Assembly (NCBI GenBank): GCA_039714655.1
Contig: JBDLIX010000005.1
Location: 16,509-80,508, forward strand
Direction of reading: 5' to 3'
Source of the DNA: Bacteroidota bacterium
Lineage (GTDB): Bacteria > Bacteroidota > Bacteroidia > Bacteroidales > GCA-2748055
DNA length: 64,000 nt
Under the pieces are notes generated by a model. That model was not told the origin of the DNA. It ran no database searches and saw nothing but the letters and a program-made list of their open reading frames with translations. The position numbers and the translations under genes were made by a program. Within the stretch, counting starts at the first letter, position 1, and each line of letters begins with the position of its first letter. Below are positions 9,495 through 18,587 of this stretch, one piece after another.

Positions 9495-9867
9495 CTTCTT
9501 TCTCTTTCATTTTTTCAATAAGTTCCCGGATCTCTTCCATCTCCTCATTTGTGGCAGAATGGTTTCCAAGTGCCTGCATCACCAGACTTGAGCGGCTTCC
9601 CTTAAAAACAGTTTTCAGTACATGATCCAGAATGGTCGATTGCACCTCTTCAGATTTCAGGGTAGGAGTGTATACATGCGAGCGATGATCAGTGTCTCTT
9701 GTGAGCAGTCCCTTATCTGTCATAATCTGCATCATCTTGAGTGTTGTGGTATAGCCAACCCTGCGCTGTTGATTAAGCAGATCATTTACCTGACGGACAG
9801 TTAATGGTCCGCATTCCCAAAGAGTTTGCATGATTTCAAGTTCCGATTCGGTGGGTTTCAACATCAT
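9481..9867 (-). CDS. BlaI/MecI/CopY-family winged-helix transcriptional repressor
   Basis: MLKPTESELEIMQTLWECGPLTVRQVND..GYTTTLKMMQIMTDKGLL is the typical Penicillinase_R layout. The start was moved from 9900 to the ATGATG at 9867/9864, because the 5' extension would run through the operator palindrome. Confidence 0.85.
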   Translation of the reverse strand: MMLKPTESELEIMQTLWECGPLTVRQVNDLLNQQRRVGYTTTLKMMQIMTDKGLLTRDTDHRSHVYTPTLKSEEVQSTILDHVLKTVFKGSRSSLVMQALGNHSATNEEMEEIRELIEKMKEKEDGIL

Positions 9868-9869
9868 TA

Positions 9870-9885
9870 TACGAATTGTTTCGTA
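9870..9885. promoter_or_regulatory. candidate BlaI operator 1 (TACGAA-N4-TTCGTA)
   Basis: Perfect 6+6 inverted repeat TACGAATTGTTTCGTA, ending 3 nt upstream of the blaI-like ATG. Confidence 0.5.
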
Positions 9886-9923
9886 GTAAATATATACCAA
9901 CGAAATGGTATTGTCAAATTACA

Positions 9924-9939
9924 TACGAATGATTTCGTA
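9924..9939. promoter_or_regulatory. candidate BlaI operator 2 (TACGAA-N4-TTCGTA)
   Basis: Second perfect copy with identical arms (TACGAATGATTTCGTA), 54 bp centre-to-centre from operator 1 in the same intergenic region. Confidence 0.5.
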
Positions 9940-9971
9940 TTATTTAAGATTATTTAACAATCGGAATGGAT

Positions 9972-10520
9972 CTACGCAGAGTTAAATACAAAAGCTTCGT
10001 ATATGTAGAGATCAGCAGTATGCCACCCGTCACATCCAATGCCAGCTTTATATTTTGCACAGTTTTCCAGGAATTCATCCACCGACCAATTCTGACTAAT
10101 GGCTACCTGTGGCAGCAGAGTTCCCCGATTCGATCCCTTCTCCATATATATGCCATGCTTTCCCAGGATAATTTCTTCTTTATCATAAATTCTCTCCCTG
10201 GGTGATAGAACGCTAATCTCGATCTTCATCTTATCCAGTTCATAAAATTCAACAGGAGTGAACCGGGAATCTGAAGTAGCCGCAGACTCAGCCATTTTTT
10301 TCACATTCTTATAAAGTGTATCCTCTTCAGAAAAAGTTCCGATACAACCTCTGAGATCTCCTTCTATATAGAGCGAAACGAAGGCTCCACAATTCAATTG
10401 AACTGAATCAGTAGGCTCGGGAAGAATGCTCAACTGGCTGTTTCCGGGAGCAATTCGATTCATGATGGCAATCCGGGCCAGTGAAAGCATTAATCTCTTA
10501 TCAGCTATTGTAAGGATCAT
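9972..10520 (-). CDS. amrA: AmmeMemoRadiSam system protein A (AMMECR1 domain)
   Basis: CGAFVSLYIEGDLRGCIGTF is the AMMECR1 core motif. 182 aa. The start overlaps the upstream Memo-like gene by 4 nt. Confidence 0.85.
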   Translation of the reverse strand: MILTIADKRLMLSLARIAIMNRIAPGNSQLSILPEPTDSVQLNCGAFVSLYIEGDLRGCIGTFSEEDTLYKNVKKMAESAATSDSRFTPVEFYELDKMKIEISVLSPRERIYDKEEIILGKHGIYMEKGSNRGTLLPQVAISQNWSVDEFLENCAKYKAGIGCDGWHTADLYIYEAFVFNSA

Positions 10521-11347
10521 TGGTACATGATCATTGAAATATAATCAACCACTTCGCGGGATGGAACTGCTTCTCCAGAATGTCCCCTTGCCAGAATCTG
10601 CACTCTGTAATCTGAGGATAGTGTATTGGCGTATTCCATCAGTGTCATGATGGGGCCATAACCACACACAGACACATGGTGCTTTGTCACTGCTAGTTCA
10701 ACTCCTTTTGTGTCCCTGAGTAGTATGTTGTCAATTACCTGCTGGTCCTTTTGCTGACCCTCCTGCGGAGATAAAAAATGTGAAAAATCACAGGATGCGA
10801 TGACCATGATTTTACGGCCAGTTACTTCAATTGCCTGCCTGATCCGTTGAGCCACAAGTGATGCATTTGGAAAACTCTGGTCCTTCATGCTGATAGGTAA
10901 TATGGAAAAATGGTGCTCTGAAAGATAGTACTGTAAAAAAGGAATGATCACCTCTGCCGAATGTTCTTTGGCATGGGCCATGCGATCGAAAGGGAGATCC
11001 ATTGCCACTGCAAATTCCCGGTCCAGAGGAACCTCTCCAATGGAGTTACGCCATACCTCAGCATCATCAATGGCCAGGGAAAGACCAGCTCCCGAATGAT
11101 TTGGATGAACAATAATAAAAGTCTCTGGTGCTATCTCAAGTCTATTGATCAAATTAAAAAACGGAATGGTTTGATAACCTGAATAGATATGTCCGGCATG
11201 TGGCAGTACCGCTCCAAAAACCTTCACAGGGAACAACTCTTTCAGCGGATATCGGTTTGATGCTTCAATTTTCCGGATCTGTTCAAATATCCTGTTTTTT
11301 GTCGATGGATAGAATCGGCCCTCCACTACTGCATTTCGAATTTTCAT
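10517..11347 (-). CDS. amrB: AmmeMemoRadiSam system protein B (Memo-like)
   Basis: 276 aa Memo/dioxygenase-B-like sequence (GAVLPHAGHIYSG, IIVHPNH, CDFSHF), located between the radical SAM and AMMECR1 genes. Confidence 0.8.
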   Translation of the reverse strand: MKIRNAVVEGRFYPSTKNRIFEQIRKIEASNRYPLKELFPVKVFGAVLPHAGHIYSGYQTIPFFNLINRLEIAPETFIIVHPNHSGAGLSLAIDDAEVWRNSIGEVPLDREFAVAMDLPFDRMAHAKEHSAEVIIPFLQYYLSEHHFSILPISMKDQSFPNASLVAQRIRQAIEVTGRKIMVIASCDFSHFLSPQEGQQKDQQVIDNILLRDTKGVELAVTKHHVSVCGYGPIMTLMEYANTLSSDYRVQILARGHSGEAVPSREVVDYISMIMYQ

Positions 11348-11358
11348 GATTCTGCTTT

Positions 11359-12363
11359 TTAAAAGATTCCATTGATCTGCAATTTACACTGATGGCATTT
11401 CCCTTCATCTCCGATACCTGTGACAGTAGCATGATAAAGGTCACGTTTAATAAGTGTAGTCCCGCAACCAGGACAGAGCGTATGACTTTCCAGTTGGGGC
11501 GTGTTTCCTGGATATATATACCTGATCCGCCCATTGGCCAAATTCATGAATCGCTGGATGGTTGAAAGTGGGGTAGGTGGTTGATTGAGTTTAAACCGGG
11601 GGAAATAGCGACTCACATGCAGGATGGTATCTTCCCCACAATTCTCTGTAATCCAGTTGATCATATCGTTCCATTCATTTTCCGAATCGTTAAAACCCGG
11701 AATGATCAGAAAAGTAAGTTCAAGGTGACTCTTAGATTTTGCGATCCTGCTTATGGTCTCCAGTACAGGTTGGAGTGTTGCACCTGACCGTTTCTGGTAA
11801 AAATCGTTGCGAAATGATTTTAGGTCTACATTGAATGCATCCATGTAGGGAAGGATCGCCTCCAGCGGTGCTCCATTCATATACCCGTTGGTCACCATTA
11901 CATTGTTCTGCTGCTGCTCTTTGATCAGAACAGCACATTTGAACATGTATTCATAATAGATGGTAGGCTCATTATAGGTATAGGCCAGCCCGATGTTATC
12001 CTGATGCAGGAGCGCTTTATTTACAATCTCTTCCGGTTCCCTTGAAGGATAATGAGATAAGATGTGCGGGTCAATTTGGGAAATTTCACAGTTCTGACAA
12101 AAATCACAAGAAAGGTTGCAGCCAAAACTGCCAATTGAGAGGATGGATCTTCCCGGGTAAAAGTGATACAATGGTTTTTTCTCCACCGGATCTGTAGAGA
12201 TCGCCGAAAGGATCCCATAGTTCTCGGTGATCAATTCTCCATTTCTGTTCACACGTGTATTGCACTTTCCATACCGATCAGTGTCCAGTATGCACTGGTG
12301 AGGACAAAGCAGGCACTGAACCGACATATTCTCTCTGATTTTAAAATGGGAAGCCAGCTGCAT
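11359..12363 (-). CDS. amrS: AmmeMemoRadiSam system radical SAM enzyme
   Basis: CNLSCDFCQN (CxxxCxxC radical SAM cluster), N-terminal Cys pairs (CLLCPHQC..CN), and position at the head of the three-gene set. Confidence 0.85.
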   Translation of the reverse strand: MQLASHFKIRENMSVQCLLCPHQCILDTDRYGKCNTRVNRNGELITENYGILSAISTDPVEKKPLYHFYPGRSILSIGSFGCNLSCDFCQNCEISQIDPHILSHYPSREPEEIVNKALLHQDNIGLAYTYNEPTIYYEYMFKCAVLIKEQQQNNVMVTNGYMNGAPLEAILPYMDAFNVDLKSFRNDFYQKRSGATLQPVLETISRIAKSKSHLELTFLIIPGFNDSENEWNDMINWITENCGEDTILHVSRYFPRFKLNQPPTPLSTIQRFMNLANGRIRYIYPGNTPQLESHTLCPGCGTTLIKRDLYHATVTGIGDEGKCHQCKLQINGIF

Positions 12364-12528
12364 GACCTAAAGTTACAACGAAAAACCGATGAAACCCACC
12401 CTCAAACAATAGTGACTGCTTCCGGTTATAATAAGAGATACTTTATAACGGAACAGGCGATGAGAAGATACACATTCACTATATTTGTGATTTTGAAATT
12501 CACCCTTACATCTATTGGTAATACGGAT

Positions 12529-13068
12529 ATGAAAGAGAAAACAGAACTGGCAACTTTTGGTGGCGGTTGTTTCTGGTGTGTTGAAGCAATATTTGAGCGT
12601 GTAACCGGTGTTCATTCAGTTATTTCGGGCTATTCTGGTGGTCATGTAGACCATCCTTCCTATAAACAGGTCACCAGCGGAACTACGGGTCATGCCGAGG
12701 TAACCCAGATCAGCTTTGATCCAGAACAGGTAAGCTACACCGAATTGCTCGAAATATTTTTCAAAACACACGATCCAACAACCCTCAACAGACAGGGAGC
12801 CGATATGGGTACCCAGTATCGCTCCATTGTGTTGTATCATAATGACCATCAGCAGGAAGAGGCTGAGAAGGCAATTACAGAACTGAACAGTGCCGGGATA
12901 TGGAAAGATCCCATCGTAACCCGGGTAGAGCCTTTTAAAATCTTCTTTCAAGCAGAAGGTTATCACCAGGAGTATTTTGAAAATAACCCGAACCAGGGTT
13001 ACTGCCGTGTGGTGATCCAGCCTAAAGTGGAAAAATTCGAAAAAGTTTTCAGGGAGAGGTTGAAGTAA
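12529..13068 (+). CDS. msrA: peptide-methionine (S)-S-oxide reductase
   Basis: ATFGGGCFWCVEAIF..GYSGG..PSYKQV..GHAEV is the MsrA signature. The start is set at ATG 12529, because the 5' part of the listed ORF (12163..) overlaps amrS on the other strand. Confidence 0.9.
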   Translation: MKEKTELATFGGGCFWCVEAIFERVTGVHSVISGYSGGHVDHPSYKQVTSGTTGHAEVTQISFDPEQVSYTELLEIFFKTHDPTTLNRQGADMGTQYRSIVLYHNDHQQEEAEKAITELNSAGIWKDPIVTRVEPFKIFFQAEGYHQEYFENNPNQGYCRVVIQPKVEKFEKVFRERLK

Positions 13069-13070
13069 TA

Positions 13071-15119
13071 CTATTCTACACCATTAATTGGTAAACGAAC
13101 CACAAAGGAAGAGCCATTGCCAGGTTCGCTTTCAACCCCTATGGTTCCTTTATTCCTCTCCAGGAACTCTTTGCAGATAACAAGGCCAAGTCCGGATCCC
13201 GATTCACCAGTGGTGCCTGGAGTGGATACCACCTCATTGGAATCAAAGAGCTTCTCCTGGATCTCTGGCTGAATTCCAATCCCATCGTCAGAAACACTCA
13301 CACTGCACATCTCTGCACCATTTTCAGATGTAATCCTCACCTTTCCCCCCGGAAAGCTGAACTTTATTGCATTCATAATCAAGTTCCTAAAGACGGTGTG
13401 AATCATGGCTTTATCAGCAAACACAATATATTTATGGTCAATTTGAACCTGACACTCAATCTTTTTATGATCAAGATTGGCTTTTAATTCTCTCGCACAC
13501 TCATCAACCACACTTCTAATCTTCAGGACTCCAGGTTCATATTTTACGGCTTTCATCTGGGAGCGTGCCCAAATAAGTAGGTTCTCAAGTAGATTTTGAA
13601 TGCGCTGTGTACCCTGTAAGATCTGCAACAGATACTCTTTCTGAGTCTCCTCCGGAAACTGTTCAAAATTATCATAAAGAAGTTCAGAAAAACCTGTGAC
13701 AGCCGCAACAGGATTTCGAAGGTCATGGGCCACCACAGAAAATATCCTGTCTTTTGATTTATTCAATTTCTGAAGTTCCAGTTCCGATTCACTCAGCTTT
13801 TGCAGGGTGTTTGAGATCTGAAGATTTCGTTCTGCCAACATTTGATTGGTCCTCTTCTTCGAACGGAGATTAACGGCAATGACAATAACCAGGGAGACAA
13901 TGACCACGATAAAGATGATGAAAACCTTGTTAAGCATTTTCTGCACCTGTGATTCAGATTGTAGTTGCTCGATCTCCTGATCCTGTATCTCCTGTTCATA
14001 ACGGGCACGTAACTGCGCAATCTGTTGTGATTGTTTCTCGTTAAAAAGGGCCTTGTATACTGTATCGTACCTAAGCAACCAGTTATATGCTGAAGCATAA
14101 CTTCCAATTCCGGCATGTAAACGGGCCAGCTCATCAAAAGTCTCCAATTCAAGGTGTTTGAATCCCCTCGATTGGGCGATCTTGAGTGCTCGATGTAGGT
14201 AATAGAGCGCTGACTCTTGCTGGTTCATTTTTCCGTAAAGAGAACCAAGATTGTTGTAAACAGAACCAATAACATATTGATCCTCTATTTCTTGCGCCAG
14301 TGCCAGGCCCTTTTGTAAATACTCAAGAGCCATCTGGTATTCGTACAGATCAATATATGCAAGGGCGATATTGTTATAGACGCTGGACAATATATATCGA
14401 TAGGTGTTGGAAGCCAGAGAATCAGGAGGTAACTGATCCAGGACCTCATTGAAATAGACAAGGGCTGAATCATACTTTTGCCGGTCATAAAGGATTAAAC
14501 CGATGTTGTTAAGCGCCGCGCAAACATCAGTATCCAGATTTAGCTCACTATAAATCTCGAAAGCATTTACATAATGCATTTCTGCTTCTGAGAGTTTGCC
14601 CATATCATGGGCCACAGCTCCCAGATTATTCTGCATCATAGCAATTCCTAATCGGTTGCCCACCCGTTCATATGCATTCAGGCTATGCATAAAATAGTAA
14701 TACGCTTCTCCATAATCAGCCATTACGTAATAGATATTTCCCATATTCAGAGCACACTCACCAATCTCTTCATGGTTCTCCAATTTGATAAATTCATCAT
14801 ACGCTTTGGTGTAGTAAAACAGGCTACGGTCAGTAACCAGCTTGTTTTCATAGATATCTCCCTTATTTTTATACAGTCGGGGAAGCAGGTTTTCCGTATC
14901 ACCTTTCTGGAGTAGCAGTTCAGCCTGGTTTGCAAAATGAAGTGCACTGTCGGTCTCGGTATCCTTTAGTTCTACAGATAAATCGTAATAGGTCCGGGCC
15001 AGTTTATCTCCAGAAAGTAATTTGGTTTGGGCAATTAAACTATCCTTCTTTGAACCCTGTGCGTATGAAGTACAAAGGGTAATGAAAAAAAGGAGTATAT
15101 AGAGGAGAATTCTCTTCAT
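13071..15119 (-). CDS. sensor histidine kinase with periplasmic/extracytoplasmic TPR repeats (no adjacent response regulator)
   Basis: Signal peptide MKRILLYILLFF. Many TPR-like repeats (..ALNNIGLILYDRQKYDSALVYF..). One TM (VFIIFIVVIVSLVIVIAVNL). H-box FSVVAHDLRNP and an HATPase_c region (DDGIGI, GSGLGL). Confidence 0.85.
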   Translation of the reverse strand: MKRILLYILLFFITLCTSYAQGSKKDSLIAQTKLLSGDKLARTYYDLSVELKDTETDSALHFANQAELLLQKGDTENLLPRLYKNKGDIYENKLVTDRSLFYYTKAYDEFIKLENHEEIGECALNMGNIYYVMADYGEAYYYFMHSLNAYERVGNRLGIAMMQNNLGAVAHDMGKLSEAEMHYVNAFEIYSELNLDTDVCAALNNIGLILYDRQKYDSALVYFNEVLDQLPPDSLASNTYRYILSSVYNNIALAYIDLYEYQMALEYLQKGLALAQEIEDQYVIGSVYNNLGSLYGKMNQQESALYYLHRALKIAQSRGFKHLELETFDELARLHAGIGSYASAYNWLLRYDTVYKALFNEKQSQQIAQLRARYEQEIQDQEIEQLQSESQVQKMLNKVFIIFIVVIVSLVIVIAVNLRSKKRTNQMLAERNLQISNTLQKLSESELELQKLNKSKDRIFSVVAHDLRNPVAAVTGFSELLYDNFEQFPEETQKEYLLQILQGTQRIQNLLENLLIWARSQMKAVKYEPGVLKIRSVVDECARELKANLDHKKIECQVQIDHKYIVFADKAMIHTVFRNLIMNAIKFSFPGGKVRITSENGAEMCSVSVSDDGIGIQPEIQEKLFDSNEVVSTPGTTGESGSGLGLVICKEFLERNKGTIGVESEPGNGSSFVVRLPINGVE

Positions 15120-15250
15120 GGAGCAGAAATGGACTTCTTCCGATAATAACTGAGACAAATATACTTATTTTGGGGTGAAATTGTCCATTTGGGGATGGTC
15201 AAATAGACACCATTAGGATCACCTGACTAATTTTGGAGAAAAGAATTTTA

Positions 15251-15907
15251 ATGGAAATAAATAAGAAATTTTCAAGGAACGAGGAGCTGGCCAATGCCAT
15301 TTCACATCTGGCAGGGGCAATGTTGGCTATTGCAGGATTAGTATTGATGGTATACCAGTCTGCAGCTCATGGAAATGGATGGCACATTGTAAGTACAACC
15401 GTATTCGGCACCTCAATGATTATACTATACTTCTCATCCACATTAACACACATCTTGCCCATGGGGAAGTCAAAGGACTTCTTCTTTAATTTTGACAGGA
15501 TCGCCATATACATTCTGATCGCCGGTACCTATACGCCCATTGCGCTGATTACTTTAAACGGAGCTTTTGGATGGGTGATATTCGGAATCGAATGGGGTTT
15601 TGCCATTATTGGGACCACCCTGATTCTGACCCGTCCGGGAAATTTTAATTCAGGGGTAAATATATTTTATGTGATTTCTTATGCAATTATGGGCTGGATC
15701 ATCCTGATTGCCATTGTTCCGGTCATGAATTCTCTGCCTCCAATGGGCAGCCTTTGGATTCTGATCGGAGGACTCTGCTACACCTTTGGTATTGTTTTCT
15801 TCAAGATGGTCAAGTTCCCATATCACCATCTGGTGTGGCATTTACTGGTGATTGCCGGTACTGTTTCTCATTTTTTTGCTGTCTTTTTTTTCATCATTCC
15901 ACGGTAA
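15251..15907 (+). CDS. hemolysin III / PAQR-family membrane protein
   Basis: EELANAISHLAGA start, seven hydrophobic helices, and a HHLVWH..HFF C-terminal motif typical of the Hly-III family. ATG at 15251 is preferred over TTG at 15233. Confidence 0.8.
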   Translation: MEINKKFSRNEELANAISHLAGAMLAIAGLVLMVYQSAAHGNGWHIVSTTVFGTSMIILYFSSTLTHILPMGKSKDFFFNFDRIAIYILIAGTYTPIALITLNGAFGWVIFGIEWGFAIIGTTLILTRPGNFNSGVNIFYVISYAIMGWIILIAIVPVMNSLPPMGSLWILIGGLCYTFGIVFFKMVKFPYHHLVWHLLVIAGTVSHFFAVFFFIIPR

Positions 15908-15929
15908 AAAATGAAATGTTCTTGAACTA

Positions 15930-15963
15930 TTTGTGCATTTGGTGTTAAAAAGTATTACTTTTG
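15930..15963 (+). promoter_or_regulatory. candidate Bacteroidota-type promoter of the cold-shock gene (-33 TTTG / -7 TAnnTTTG)
   Basis: TACTTTTG at 15956..15963 matches TAnnTTTG, 28 nt before the ATG. TTTG occurs at 15930..15933 and 15938..15941. Confidence 0.35.
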
Positions 15964-15990
15964 CACTGTTATTAATTTTCAATCTAAACA

Positions 15991-16182
15991 ATGAAAGAAG
16001 GTAAAGTAAAATTCTTTAATGAGTCCAAAGGATACGGATTTATCAAAGACGTCGAATCTGACGAAGAGTATTTTGTCCACGTATCAGGCCTGATCGATAA
16101 GATCAAGGAAGATGATGATGTAACTTTCGAGCTTACAGAAGGACGAAAAGGATTAAATGCAGTGAATGTCAAACTTATATAG
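15991..16182 (+). CDS. cold-shock domain protein (CspA family)
   Basis: 63 aa. GKVKFFNESKGYGFI and YFVHVSGL are RNP1/RNP2-like motifs. Confidence 0.95.
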   Translation: MKEGKVKFFNESKGYGFIKDVESDEEYFVHVSGLIDKIKEDDDVTFELTEGRKGLNAVNVKLI

Positions 16183-16211
16183 TTGACCAGGGCATTTTGT
16201 ATTAATCTTAA

Positions 16212-16238
16212 CCCTTCGCCCTGGCGAGGGGTTTTTTT
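16212..16238 (+). terminator. rho-independent terminator after the csp gene
   Basis: Stem CCCTTCGC (16212..16219) and GCGAGGGG (16224..16231) with one G-U pair, a 4-nt loop, then TTTTTTT (16232..16238). Confidence 0.75.
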
Positions 16239-16278
16239 GTGATTTATATTAAATTGCTTCACAATAAATAATCATCCA

Positions 16279-17106
16279 ATGAAAACAATGAAGCTCAACC
16301 GTCGCAGGTTCCTGGCCAGTTCAGCAGTTGCTGCCATGGGAACCTCTCTGGGATTGCAAGCCAGGGATCATCAAAAAAACACTCCTTTGGATGTGAACTC
16401 ACTGTTGCCTTCTCTAAAAGGAAGAAAGATACTTTACACCTATGGTGGATGGAAGGGTCATGAACCTGAACAATCTGTGGCGCTGTTCAAACCCTGGCTG
16501 GAGAGTGAGGGAGCATTGGTAGATCTCTTTACTTCTCTGGATCCATACGCTGATGAGGAGTATATGAAAGGAGTGGACCTGGTCATTCAGGTATTTACCA
16601 TGGCTGAGATTACCAGGGAACAGGAAAAAGGGTTGCTGAATGCAGTGAGCAGAGGTGTAGGACTTGCTGGATGGCATGGAGGCCTCTGTGATTCTTTCAG
16701 GCAAAATGTGGGTTATCAGTTTATGACAGGTGGACAATGGGTGGCCCATCCCGGTGGGGTAATCGATTACAGCGTTCAGGTGATTGACCAGGAGGACCCG
16801 GTAACCAGCGGATTGGGTGAATTTAATATGCATAGTGAGCAGTATTATTTGCATGTGGATCCAAATATGAAAGTGTTGGCTACTACTACCTTTAATGCTG
16901 ATCATGCCAATTGGATAGATGGTTGCACCATGCCGGTGGTCTGGAAAAAGATGCATGGAAGGGGAAGGGTTTTCTACTCTTCACTGGGACATGTGATGAA
17001 AGATTTTGAGGTTCCGGAAGCTTTTGAGATCATGAAGCGTGGGATCAAGTGGGCTTCGGCCAGTAAATTTGAACCTGCCGAACCCTGGAGAACTCCGGTT
17101 TACTAA
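16279..17106 (+). CDS. ThuA-domain (trehalose-utilisation-like) protein with Tat signal
   Basis: Twin-arginine signal NRRRFLASSAVAAMG. The size and the GWHGG..HPGG..LGH pattern resemble the ThuA family. Assigned by recall only. Confidence 0.55.
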   Translation: MKTMKLNRRRFLASSAVAAMGTSLGLQARDHQKNTPLDVNSLLPSLKGRKILYTYGGWKGHEPEQSVALFKPWLESEGALVDLFTSLDPYADEEYMKGVDLVIQVFTMAEITREQEKGLLNAVSRGVGLAGWHGGLCDSFRQNVGYQFMTGGQWVAHPGGVIDYSVQVIDQEDPVTSGLGEFNMHSEQYYLHVDPNMKVLATTTFNADHANWIDGCTMPVVWKKMHGRGRVFYSSLGHVMKDFEVPEAFEIMKRGIKWASASKFEPAEPWRTPVY

Positions 17107-17123
17107 ATAAGAGACCCTAATTA

Positions 17124-18359
17124 ATGAAACTTTTCATTCCAATTGTAACCATTGTCCTGATGAGTATGCTGACAGCCTGTGAGATCGATGATCCCGGGAA
17201 AGAGACAGAAAATGAGGAGGAAGAAGAAGCTGTTCCAACATTTACCTATCGCATTGTTGAGACAGGAGTTACCGCGTGCTACAATAATTTCCAGAAGATT
17301 GATAAACCTTCTTTGGGAGATCCCTTTTACGGACAGGATGGAAATTACAGAGGATTTAATGCGGCTTATGAAGATAACGGGGATGGAACAGTCACCGATA
17401 AGATAACGGGTTTGATGTGGCAGCAGGAGATGGGGGTGAAGGCCTCATTTAAGATAGCCAAATCTTCTGTGCCAAAAATGAACCTGGGAGGTTATACAGA
17501 CTGGAGGCTTCCAACCGCAAAGGAGCTTTACTCACTGATCCGGTTTACCGGGAAGAATGGTGGCACTCCAGCCTCTTCCATTCTTTTCATTAATAGTGAT
17601 TACTTTATCCAGCCCTGGGGCGATACAACATCGGGTGAACGCTATATCGATGCCCAAACCTGGTCTGCCACTGAATATGTGGGAACAACGATGAACAATG
17701 ATGAAACTGTATTTGGTGTCAATTTCGTTGACGGAAGGATCAAAGGCTACCCAAAATTCATTCCCGGTACATCCCAGCCCAACGAAATGTATTTCCGAAT
17801 GGTAAGGGGTAATCCATCCTATGGGTTCAACGATTTCATTGATCATAGCGATGGCACCATCTCAGACCTGGCAACCGGACTCATGTGGCAGCAAGCCGAT
17901 GATGGTACTCCCAGGGATTGGGAAGAGGCTCTGGCTTATGCGGAAACACTTGAACATGCCGGGCATTCGGATTGGAGACTTCCCAATGCAAAGGAGATGC
18001 AGAGCATTGTTGATTATTCCAGAGCACCGGATATCACAGGATCTCCAGCCATTGACCCCATGTTCTACTGCACCGAGATTGATGATCCTGAGGGCAATGG
18101 TGGGCAATATCCTTACTACTGGACAGGAACCACGCATCTGGATGGACCGGACCCTGAAAGCGCAGCGGTATATATTGCATTTGGCGAAGCTCAGGGATGG
18201 ATGCAGGATCAGTTAATGGATCTCCACGGTGCAGGAGCTCAAAGAAGTGATCCCAAGTCTGGTGATCCAGGCGATTACCCATCTTATTGGGGTCCGCAGG
18301 GCGATGTACGATATGTCTACAATTATGTGCGTTGTGTCAGGGATATCCCCCTGAAATAG
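17124..18359 (+). CDS. DUF1566 (Lcl C-terminal-like) domain lipoprotein
   Basis: Lipobox LTAC. Two copies of the DUF1566 signature (GLMWQQ...DWRLPTAKEL and GLMWQQ...DWRLPNAKEM). Confidence 0.7.
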   Translation: MKLFIPIVTIVLMSMLTACEIDDPGKETENEEEEEAVPTFTYRIVETGVTACYNNFQKIDKPSLGDPFYGQDGNYRGFNAAYEDNGDGTVTDKITGLMWQQEMGVKASFKIAKSSVPKMNLGGYTDWRLPTAKELYSLIRFTGKNGGTPASSILFINSDYFIQPWGDTTSGERYIDAQTWSATEYVGTTMNNDETVFGVNFVDGRIKGYPKFIPGTSQPNEMYFRMVRGNPSYGFNDFIDHSDGTISDLATGLMWQQADDGTPRDWEEALAYAETLEHAGHSDWRLPNAKEMQSIVDYSRAPDITGSPAIDPMFYCTEIDDPEGNGGQYPYYWTGTTHLDGPDPESAAVYIAFGEAQGWMQDQLMDLHGAGAQRSDPKSGDPGDYPSYWGPQGDVRYVYNYVRCVRDIPLK

Positions 18360-18442
18360 AGGAGTGCCAACTAAGAAAAAACAGTGATGAGGATTGGACA
18401 TTGAAAAATAATGTCTATTTTCGGAAATAATATAGATAAATA

Positions 18443-18529
18443 ATGACTCATTACACTGATACAAATAGCTGGCGATGGCATTGGTGGCACTCCCTCCAAC
18501 ATGCTTCGTGGGCAATGATTGACTTGTAA
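18443..18529 (+). CDS. Trp-rich leader peptide (28 codons, 5 Trp) of a trpB2 attenuator
   Basis: ATG 18443 to TAA 18527..18529 translates to MTHYTDTNSWRWHWWHSLQHASWAMIDL. TGG codons lie at 18470, 18476, 18482, 18485 and 18509. It sits directly upstream of a terminator and the trpB2 start. Confidence 0.65.
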   Translation: MTHYTDTNSWRWHWWHSLQHASWAMIDL

Positions 18530-18552
18530 TGATCAACTATATTTAAACCAAC

Positions 18553-18587
18553 ACGGGGCATGTTAAATAACTGCCCCGTTTTTTTTT
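18553..18587 (+). terminator. attenuator terminator between the Trp leader ORF and trpB2
   Basis: Stem ACGGGGCA (18553..18560) and TGCCCCGT (18572..18579), followed by 8 T (18580..18587). It ends 30 nt before the trpB2 ATG. Confidence 0.75.

Noticed and set aside
12163-12528. 5' extension of the msrA ORF (the listed ORF starts at 12163).
   Set aside because: The extension overlaps the amrS radical SAM gene on the opposite strand and has no MsrA similarity. The MsrA domain starts right after ATG 12529.
16414-16956. 180-aa antisense ORF inside the ThuA-like gene. Similar long antisense ORFs occur elsewhere, e.g. 42832..43572, 27470..27964, 32527..33144, 38711..39283 and 2646..3167.
   Set aside because: Each lies fully within, and opposite to, a gene with clear family motifs. 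Their translations show no recognisable motifs and have odd composition.
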